Notes under the pieces: model-generated
Databases searched by the model: none
Told to the model about the DNA's origin: nothing
The model's input: only the letters and a program-made list of their open reading frames with translations
Program-made: the position numbers and the translations under genes
Shown: positions 54,730 through 64,000 of the stretch, in pieces
Layout of the letters: each line of letters starts with the position of its first letter
Position numbering within the stretch: position 1 is the first letter of the stretch
Source: Eledone cirrhosa
Lineage: Eukaryota
DNA length: 64,000 bases
Direction of reading: 5' to 3'
Assembly (NCBI GenBank): GCA_964016885.1
Contig: OZ024765.1
Location: 15,190,001 to 15,254,000 of the forward strand

Positions 54730-55235
54730 TAATTGTTTCTACTATTGGCACAAGGCCAGCAATTACCCAGTGCATTACTGGTACTTTATTTTATCGACCC
54801 CGTAAGGATGAAAGGCAAAGTTAACCTTGGCAGGATTTGAACTCGGAATGGCAAGGGCCGTAACTCTCTATACGTCAAAGCATGGCGTCCGACCCTCTAC
54901 CAATACTGCCAATCCACCGCCCTGTGGAGATTTTACATAATGAAAGATATACCCATTTTTACAAGAGAAAATATATCCCACCCACCCCAACGTGGGTGGG
55001 AGATCTCCCCGTCGGACGAGGAGAGTTGACAGGTCTGTATATAATAATTGTTTCTACTTTTGGCACAGGGCCAACAATAACCCCCAGTGTATTACTGGTA
55101 CTTTATTTTATCGACCCCGTAAGGATGAAAGGCAAAGTTAACCTTGGCGGGATTTGAACTCAGAATGGAAAGGGCCGTAACTCTATGCGTCAAAGCATGG
55201 CGTCCGACTCTCTACCGATACTGCCAATCCACCGT
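54730..55235 (-). mobile_element. Two SINE family 1 copies with TSDs
   Basis: 54730-54922 flanked by GGAGATTTTACATAAT; 55045-55235 flanked by GTCTGTATATAATAAT. Confidence 0.9.
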
Positions 55236-55405
55236 CTGTATATAATAATGCAATATAAACAAATCGTATCTGTAATTCAGGACCTACCTGGATGTCTTCA
55301 AAAATGTATCTTCGTTGGAGAATTATGGTTTTAACGTATGGTGTTAGTGGAATTGAACGTGTGTTGCTTTGTATGAACATTTTCTACAAAGAAAATAAAC
55401 ATTAT

Positions 55406-55670
55406 CAGGGCCGGTGGAAGTATTTCTGAACTGAAGTGTGTGTGGGGGCAAATGTGGTCAATTTAGTTGTAGTTATTAGTTTAGCTGTTATTATGAAATA
55501 CCAACAGAGATATAAAAAATAAAAAAAACTTTGATATGCGATAAACATAACATGTATATAAATTGTAAGCGCGTATACAAATAGATGTATGTTTTGGTAG
55601 TTTGGGGAAAACATAATTATTGGTGTGAAGGCGGGGCCCCTGGCACACCTCCCCGAGTTCCACCGTCCTG
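55406..55670. mobile_element. Possible hAT-type MITE
   Basis: Imperfect TIR CAGGGCCGGTGGAA / TTCCACCGTCCTG; no clear TSD. Confidence 0.45.
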
Positions 55671-56283
55671 ATATATATATAGGTAAAGTTTATTCGAATA
55701 AAGACAGCAACAGGCTGTTTGTCATACGTATATATATATAATTTCTGAAAAGCTATTATGTAAGAATGTTTCTATTTTATCAAGACATGTTCCCCCAACC
55801 ATCTGCTTAATGAGATATGCAGATACATTTGTAAATCCATACAAACATTGGATATTTCTTAACATTATTTGTAAATCCTCTGGCAGTACGTTTCATTTGA
55901 AATATTTTAAACAGAACGGTCAAATCTTTACAATATGTAAAAATATATTTCACCGCAAGCTAACATAAGAACTTTCCCCACTTAAATAATTTGGTTATTT
56001 ATCTGTTTAATTTTCAAAATATCTTTAATTAGAAATATAGTAACGAACATGATAAAGACAATAATAATATTAATAATAGATATAAAACTAATATTAACAG
56101 CAGATATAAAAATAATAATGAAAATATTAGCACATGACTTACATATTTCTTGTAAACATGTTTCAAATGTGTTGTAACGGTGTATTAGGAATATATGTCT
56201 ATTGTCTTAAGTAACGGTGTAATAAGATTAATGTTACTTTGTATGAACATTAACCCTAGACAAAAGAGTATTATCCGGATTTT

Positions 56284-56363
56284 AAGGGTGTCCTCAAAAA
56301 TGTATACACACATTTATTAGAATTCTGTGAAGTGTGTATACATATTTGGGAGAACACCCTGTA
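56284..56363. mobile_element. Tiny Tc1-like MITE (mostly TIRs)
   Basis: AGGGTGTCCTCAAAAATGTATACACAC / GTGTGTATACATATTTGGGAGAACACCCTG-TA. Confidence 0.55.
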
Positions 56364-56550
56364 TGCGTTAACGAATGGGAAGGGGTATATAAAATGGGCC
56401 AGTAATTTTTAGGGAGGGGAGAATCGATTAAATCGACCCCAGTGGGGTCTAAATAACAATTATATATTTCTTGAAAACCTCTTAACACTAGAAGACCTGA
56501 GAGGGTTAGGGGTTAGGTAACATAGGAAGGGGTTGAAATAATTATTTGTA

Positions 56551-56943
56551 CCAGGGTAATCCCAAAAGTAAGGTCTTCAAAGCGATGGGGACGCAGAGAA
56601 ACTGTTCGTATGGCTGTTGGCAACACTGTTGTGATTGGTGCTTCCTTCACTCCCAAACAAGCATTCGCGCGTTTCGCTGGCATGCTCAATCTTGGCTTGG
56701 CAGCCGTTGAGAATTGAACTCCCGTTGAACGCTACCGCCAAGTGCGAATTTCGCGCAGTTATTATATAGAGGGCAATCCCAAAAGTAAGGTCTCCTTCCG
56801 AGGAAAACATGCGTGAAGATCGGCAGATCACTCTGGATGCTCTCTGCATTTTGGTTCCTGAGGTTTCTCGAAGCACCATCCACAGGATTTTAACGGAAAA
56901 GTTGCAATATCGGAAGGAGACCTTACTTTTGGGATTGCCCTCG
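56551..56943 (+). mobile_element. Internally deleted mariner element
   Basis: TIR (C)GAGGGCAATCCCAAAAGTAAGGTCT with TA flanks; transposase fragments ELPLNATAKCEFRAVI and MREDRQITLDAL..VSRSTIHRILTEKLQYRK. Confidence 0.85.
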
Positions 56944-57240
56944 TATGTTTCTTGGAAACACTTTGACACTAGAAAACCTGGGGTTTAGTGGTTCAGTAAA
57001 TTTAGAAGGGGTGTAAATAAGTAGTTATTTATATATATTTCTTGAAAAGCCCTTGGAAACCCCTTTTGTCGTGAGGGTTTTTAGGGGATTAGTAAAATGA
57101 GAAGAAGTCTAAATAATGATTTATTTGTATATATTACTTGGAAACTCTTCGATGTGAGGAGTTTAGAATCCTGTAATATATATATATATATATTATTCAA
57201 AATATTAATAAATGAAGACATTCACATATCAGAATATATG

Positions 57241-57302
57241 TTTTATTATATATATTTCGAAGGTACTGTGCTGTTTTTTCAGTACGTCCTCGTCAGATAA
57301 AA
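57241..57302 (-). ncRNA. Type I hammerhead ribozyme motif (family A)
   Basis: TTTTAT-CTGACGA-GGA c GTACTG..CAGTAC c TTC-GAAAT ATAT ATA|ATAAAA. Confidence 0.85.
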
Positions 57303-57418
57303 TACATGAATTGATGTATGACATACCTCAACGGTCTTGATGGTTCAATTCCAGTATTGGCAGTAATTGAAATTGAACTATCAAGACCGTTGAGGTATGA
57401 CATACATCAATTCATGTA

Positions 57419-57480
57419 TTTTATCTGACGAGGACGTACTGAAGAAACAGCACAGTACTTTCGAAATATATATAATAAAA
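57419..57480 (+). ncRNA. Type I hammerhead ribozyme motif (family A)
   Basis: TTTTAT-CTGACGA-GGA c GTACTG aagaaacagca CAGTAC t TTC-GAAAT ATAT ATA|ATAAAA. Confidence 0.85.
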
Positions 57481-57709
57481 CATATATTTTGATTATGTGA
57501 ATGTCTTCATTTATTAATATTTTGAATAATATTAATAACTCCAGAAAACTTCTTTGTAGAGTGCTTTTAATCTATTGTAAAACTATATTCATTGAGTTAT
57601 CAATGAACCATATATACACACATGAATATATTATATATATATATATACACACATGAACCTAATAAACCTTTATTTGTCTGCCTCTCTGTTTCGTTCCCGT
57701 CCAAATGTG

Positions 57710-57753
<44 letters not shown>

Positions 57754-57785
57754 TATATATATATATATATATATATATCGACAGT

Positions 57786-57940
57786 GAATCGACTTTCGTC
57801 AAATCGGACCGAGGAAACAGTGTTTCCATTGGTCTTTCTAATTGCTAATACTATCTATCGGTCGCAACTCCAGGTAGAAGGAGTAACGTGAAATGATATG
57901 TCTTGACCAAGGGCATAACGCATCACCCGGCACGGGAATC
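57786..57940 (-). mobile_element. SINE family 2, 5'-truncated
   Basis: Matches the 3' two-thirds of 6025-6243. Confidence 0.8.
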
Positions 57941-57970
57941 GATATATATATATATATATATATAAACTCA

Positions 57971-58032
<62 letters not shown>

Positions 58033-59069
58033 AATATATATATATACATGAATATATGTATATATGTGTGTCTATATATGTGTGTATGTATAAATATTCA
58101 CTCGTGAGCGTGTATCTGCGTGTCAGGGTCTTCTGTTTATATAGAATATATTTTAGCATTTCGACAAAAAAATTTCAATGAAAAATATAGAAAACCTTAA
58201 AATAAACAATTACCTGTGTCGGTATAGTTCACTAACCCTTTGTAGTGGTGCCCTAGCTTGACCTATCACTAATGACAGATGCACGTAAACAGTAACAGGT
58301 GCTTACTCTCATACTAAACAAAAACAAAAAAAACTATGACCTCCCTTCCTTTCTCTCTGTATCACGTAATAACTCCTTTTGTTCTAAGTGTAACCCCCAC
58401 ATATTTTGTTTAAAACATATTATTATAATACGGTGGTTGACGTAATTTGTCACCAAGCTAAACACCCCAAACCCCTGGTCTTTGGGTTCCCTTATTTGAA
58501 TTAACTATTGGAATCATTTGGGCCTAGATTTCAAGTTTGAACTCTTGAAAAGCAATATTATAACATAAATATTTAGACATAGTTTTTCATATATCCATAT
58601 AATTAATTTGTTGTTTTTTTGTCATTACTTATCAGTACTAGGCGATTTTGATCGCATAACACCGTAGTGTCCAAACGGAAAAACCCAACAAAATGTCTTG
58701 ATGCCAAACGGGTAGGTGTCGAAATATTATTTTTTAATATATTATCAAACTAAATTTCTTATTACTAAGTTAGTATTATAACTTAAGAAATGTCTATCAC
58801 TACTTAAAATGATGATGTTTTTTTTTATTATTAAATACGGTTATTTTAAAACAAATAACTATATAACGTTGGACGACAGGTGCTGGTCGTCTGCTAAATC
58901 TGGATAAATATTTTATGATTCAATATTACAAGTGCAGGCTTTTATTCAGTTAATATCTTTTACTAACGCTATTTATAATTTTTTTCTTCATTACTTAGAA
59001 GTACATATTACCATATATAGCCGTCGAAACGGCTTGAGATCTGCCGTTGGGGTCATACTTTTTCCTATA

Positions 59070-59310
59070 TATCTATCTATCTAAGGCCGGTAAAATTCCC
59101 GAGATCCATGGACGAGTTCTCTCCAGCGGTCTCTGTCGCTCATTATCGCTGCCATGTCCTGCGTCTCCAACAGACCAGTGTCTGTCCTTAGGGCATCAAC
59201 ATACGTTAACCTTGGTCTTCCACTTCTAGTGTGTCCATGTAGGGGCTCCCAAAGGAGCACTGAGTGCAATGTCAACTCTGGATGTCGGTGAGCATGTCCA
59301 GCTAACCTCA
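59070..59310 (-). mobile_element. LINE (RTE-like) 3' end fragment
   Basis: LAGHAHRHPELTLHSVLLWEPLHGHTRSGRPRLTYVD..DRDRWRELVH; homolog of 42290-42555. Confidence 0.8.
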
Positions 59311-59427
59311 GTAACCGCAGTAAGTAAGGTACTCAATGCAAAGCAGAATATATATATTTAATATAGAAAGGCTTCTACAGGAATAGAATTGTTTCATTCG
59401 GGAGAAATCATTAGGAATACAGCATAT

Positions 59428-59454
<27 letters not shown>

Positions 59455-59458
<4 letters not shown>

Positions 59459-60202
59459 TATTGAGTATATTTTTCTTATATATATATATATTATTGAGTA
59501 TATATTTCTTATATATATATATATTATTGAGTATATATTTCTTATATATATATATTATTGAGTATATATTTCTTATATAAATTATTAAAAAAATAATGAA
59601 TAAACAAAGAAACAGTTCCTTATATTAAACAAAAAAAGTTCATTATTTTACGATCGTTTCTAGGACATATATGTGTTAGAATTGGTATGCATATTTCTTG
59701 GTATGCATATTTCTTATATATATATATATATTATTGAGTATATATTTCTTATATGCATATATATTATTGAGTATATATTTCTTATATGTATATATATTAT
59801 TGAGTATATATTTCTTATATATATATATATATTATTGAGTATATATTTCTTATATGCATATATATTATTGAGTATATATTTCTTATATGTATATATATTA
59901 TTGAGTATATATTTCTTATATATATATATATATTATTGAGTATATATTTCTTATATATATATATATTATTGAGTATATATTTCTTATATATATATATATA
60001 TATTATTGAGTATATATTTCTTATATATATATATATATATATTATTGAGTATATATTTCTTATATATATATATTATTGAGTATATATTTCTTATATATAT
60101 ATATATATATATTATTGAGTATATATTTCTTATATATATATATATATATATATTTGAGTATATATTTCTTATATATATATATATATTATTGAGTATATAT
60201 TT

Positions 60203-60260
<58 letters not shown>

Positions 60261-60357
60261 AGTATATATATTTGAGTATATATTTCTTATATATATATAT
60301 TATTGAGTATATATTATTGAGTATATATTTCTTATATATATATATATATTATTGAGT
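59455..60357. repeat. Minisatellite TTATTGAGTATATATTTCTTA(TA)n
   Basis: More than 20 copies, interrupted at ~59580-59710 by a repeat also seen at 44665-44760. Confidence 0.9.
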
Positions 60358-60577
60358 AAAATCACATGATGCTAGACTGGTAAAATTCCTTAGAGATTTA
60401 TTTCAAACACTATGAACTGTAGGAACCCGGTGACATCATCAGGTGTTACGAAAGTTATCTAATAAATGAATATATTAATGGTAGACACAATCCAAGGGGC
60501 TGAATAGTAGAGACCTGAAGGCGGCCAGAATCAGTAGCTGCCAGTCTGGATGACCTCCTTTAAGTAGTAAATATATA

Positions 60578-60953
<376 letters not shown>

Positions 60954-61026
60954 TATATACTGGTGGTTTTCCCTGTTTTATTAATGGCGCACTATTTCTC
61001 TCTAGTGTGTTACCTTTTCAACATAT

Positions 61027-61590
61027 TTGGCAGTATCGGTAGAGGGTCGGACGCCATGCTTTCCAGCATAGTTACGTCCCTTTACGATCTGAGTTCAAAT
61101 CCCGCCGAGGTTGACTTTGCCTTTCATCCTTACGGGGTTCGATAAAATAAAGTACCAGTAATGCACTGGTTATTTGTTGGCCTTGTGCCTAAAGTAGAAA
61201 CAATTATTTTAGGCGGTGGATTGGCAGTATCGGTAGACGGTCGGACGCCATGCTTTCCGGCATAGTTACCTCCCTTTACGATCTGAGTTCAAATCCCGCC
61301 GAGGTTGACTTTGCCTTTCATCCTTACGGGGTCGATAAAATAAAGTACCAGTAATGCACTGGGTATTTGCTGGCCTTGTGCCTAAAGTAGAAACAATTAT
61401 TTTAGGCGGTGGATTGGCAGGATCGGTAGAGGGTCGGACGCCATGCTTTCCAGCATAGTTACTTCCCTTTAAGATCTGAGTTCAAATCCCGCCGAGGTTG
61501 CCTTTGCCTTTCATCCTTACGGGGTCGATAAAATAAAGTACCAGTAATGAACTGGGTTATTGCTAGCCTTGTGCCTAAAGTAGAAACAAA
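61027..61590 (+). mobile_element. Three tandem SINE family 1 copies, 193-bp period
   Basis: Units at ~61027, 61211 and 61404. Confidence 0.9.
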
Positions 61591-61924
61591 CATATTGTAT
61601 ATATATAAATATATATATAAATTAAAAAAAATTATAAGTTTGAAGAACAGTCAGACTAAATATATTCAATCCCTTTCTTCCTTAGTCCGTAGAAATCAAC
61701 TAAATAAATAATCATTTAAACGGAGCTAAATATAAAATGTAACTTTGAAGAATATGCACCAGATTTGTTAGAAAGCTAAAAATCCTGCTGCAAATGTGAA
61801 CTGTTCAAATAGAGTTGTCAAACCTCAAGTTTTAAGAAGGAACATATATGAAATATTAAAGTACCCTATTTCCCGGCGCCGAGGACGCACCCTAATTTTG
61901 ACAAGCATCAATTTAAAAAAAAAA

Positions 61925-62460
61925 AATTGTTTCTACGTTAGGCACAAGGCCAGCAAATTACCCAGTGTATTACTGGTACTTTATTTTATCGACCCCGTAA
62001 GGATGAAAGGCAAAGTTAAACCTCGGCGGGGTTTGAACTCAGAATGGCAAGGGCCGTAACTCTATGCCGTCCGACCCTCTACCAATACTGCCAATCCACC
62101 GCCATTTGAAAAAAAATAATAAACAACCTTCGGCCTCCAGGACTCACGGTAGATATTTGAGACTTATTTTACGAAAAAAAAAGTAGCGTTTTTGATGCCA
62201 AGAAATACGGTGTATTTAAAAAAAAAAAATTTGTGGTTTTTTGTAAATGGTTTCTCATATAGGCACAAGACCAGCAATTTTGGGGGAGGGGAAAGTCGAT
62301 TAAATCGACCCCAGTGTGTGACTGGTACTTTATTTTATTGTCTCCGTAACGGTGAAAGGCAAAGTTAACCTCGGTCGGATTTGAACTCAGATCATAAAGG
62401 GCCGTAACTCTATGCTGCAAAGCATGGCGCCCGACCCTCTACCGACACTGCCAATCCACG
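61925..62460 (-). mobile_element. Two SINE family 1 copies
   Basis: 61925-62103 and 62248-62460. Confidence 0.85.
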
Positions 62461-62727
62461 AGCTCAAGTTTCTTTGGGCAAATACATTGGGAGCATAATA
62501 TATGTAGAGGGCGAGGAGAAATTGCGATATTGTGTTTTGACGGAACGACTGAACAATTGTTTCTCATATTTGAGTAGCAGTTTCAAGGGGAGGGGAAAGT
62601 AGTTTAAATAAAACCCAGTGCATTACTGGTATAAAATATATTTACTATATAAACCTCACATATACACTGGCTGTATCAAGTCCAACTTTTAGACATAGGA
62701 GGTATTGGCTGGAGAGAATCCATAATG

Positions 62728-63315
62728 TTGGTTTCTGATATAAATACAAGGCCAGCCATTTGATGGAAGGGGAAAGTGGACTGAGTCTATCCCAGTGCAT
62801 TACTGCTACTTTATTTATCGACCCTGTAAGGGTAAAAGGCAAATCTTAACCTGTCATAAGACCAGCAAATTAAAGGAAGGTGAAAGTCGATGATTTCAAC
62901 CTCAGTGCATTACTGCTACTTTATTTATCGACCCTGTAAGGGTAAAAGGCAAATCTTAACCTGTCACAAGACCAGCAAATTAAAGGAAGGGGAAAGTCGA
63001 TGATTTCAACCTCAGTGCATTACTGGTACTTTATTTTATCGACCCTGTAAGGGTAAAAGGCAAATCTTAACCTGTCACAAGACCAGCAAATTAAAGGAAG
63101 GGGAAAGTCGATGATTTCAACCTCAGTGCATTACTGCTACTTTATTTATCGACCCTGTAAGGGTAAAAGGCAAATCTTAACCTGTCACAAGACCAGAAAA
63201 TTAAAGGAAGGGAAAAGTCGATGATTTCAACCTCAGTGCATTACTGGTACTTTATTTTATCGACCCTGTAAGGATGAAAATCAAAGTTAACCTCGGCGAG
63301 ATTTGAGCTCGGAAC
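62728..63315 (-). repeat. 110-bp tandem repeat of the SINE family 1 core/tail
   Basis: CAGTGCATTACTG at 62793, 62903, 63013, 63124 and 63234. Confidence 0.85.
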
Positions 63316-63459
63316 GTATGTTTAAAATGCTCAAAATGGCGCTGTGTATCAGAACGACGTCTCTCTCCCTGTCTGTTTCTCTCTCGCTCCCCCCCTCTCT
63401 CTCTCTCTCTCTCATTTCCTCTCTCTCTCTCACTCTGGAATAATCCAACAGTCTTCTAG

Positions 63460-64000
63460 TGTGAAGAGGTGTGTGGGTAAGGCCAGGTTTAAAATACTCA
63501 AGATGGCGCTGTGTACCAGAACGGCGTCTGTCTCTCTCACTCTCGCCCTCCCTCTTCTATCTATCTCTATCTATCTTTCAATGTGAAGAGGTGTGTGGGT
63601 AAGGCCAGGTTTAAAATACTCAAGATGGCGCTGTGTACCAGAACGGCGTCTGTCTCTCTCACTCTCGCTCTCCCTCTCTATCTCTATCTATCTATCTTTC
63701 AATGTGAAGAGGTGTGTGGGTAAGGCCAGGTTTAAAATACTCAAGATGGCGCTGTGTACCAGAACGGCGTCTGTCTCTCTCACTCTCGCTCTCCCTCTCT
63801 ATCTCTATCTATCTATCTTTCAATGTGAAGAGGTGTGTGGGTAAGGCCAGGTTTAAAATACTCAAGATGGCGCTGTGTACCAGAACGGCGTCTGTCTCTC
63901 TCACTCTCCCTCTCTATCTATCTCTATCTATCTCTATATATCTTTCAATGTGAAGAGGTGTGTGGGTAAGGCCAGGTTTAAAATACTCAAGATGGCGCTG
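63460..64000. repeat. ~121-bp satellite (runs off the window end)
   Basis: GTGAAGAGGTGTGTGGGTAAGGCCAGGTTTAAAATACTCAAGATGGCGCTG at 63461, 63583, 63704, 63825 and 63950. Confidence 0.95.

Larger units (their letters stand above)
57189..57610. mobile_element. Family A fold-back element, ~160-bp arms, two intact hammerheads
   Basis: Arms ~57189-57350 and ~57371-57531 plus a tail homologous to 40724-40820 and 39690-39785. Confidence 0.85.

Noticed and set aside
58868-58898. Helitron 3' hairpin
   Set aside because: Hairpin GACGAC..GTCGTC is present but is followed by CTAA with no identifiable matching 5' end

Overview
Repeat-dominated, AT-rich eukaryotic DNA with no confidently identifiable host gene. 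The dense (TA)n microsatellites, the two tRNA-derived SINE families and the RTE-clade tails resemble an octopus/cephalopod genome (inference). Almost all ORF-track entries are translations of simple repeats. Real content: decayed RTE LINEs, a Penelope-like (PLE) GIY-YIG remnant, more than 25 SINE copies (several in tandem), small DNA-transposon derivatives (hAT, Tc1/mariner), long CAC/GGT/GTT low-complexity tracts, and satellites, one of which derives from a LINE coding motif. The most notable signal is a population of 150-600 bp islands sitting inside (TA)n tracts. Many are fold-back palindromes, and many carry type I hammerhead ribozyme (HHR) motifs (CTGANGA...GAAA-NUH) with covarying stems. 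One family alone has 8 HHR copies at 5 loci, three of them as back-to-back pairs on opposite strands. All structures were paired by eye and coordinates are approximate to a few bp.
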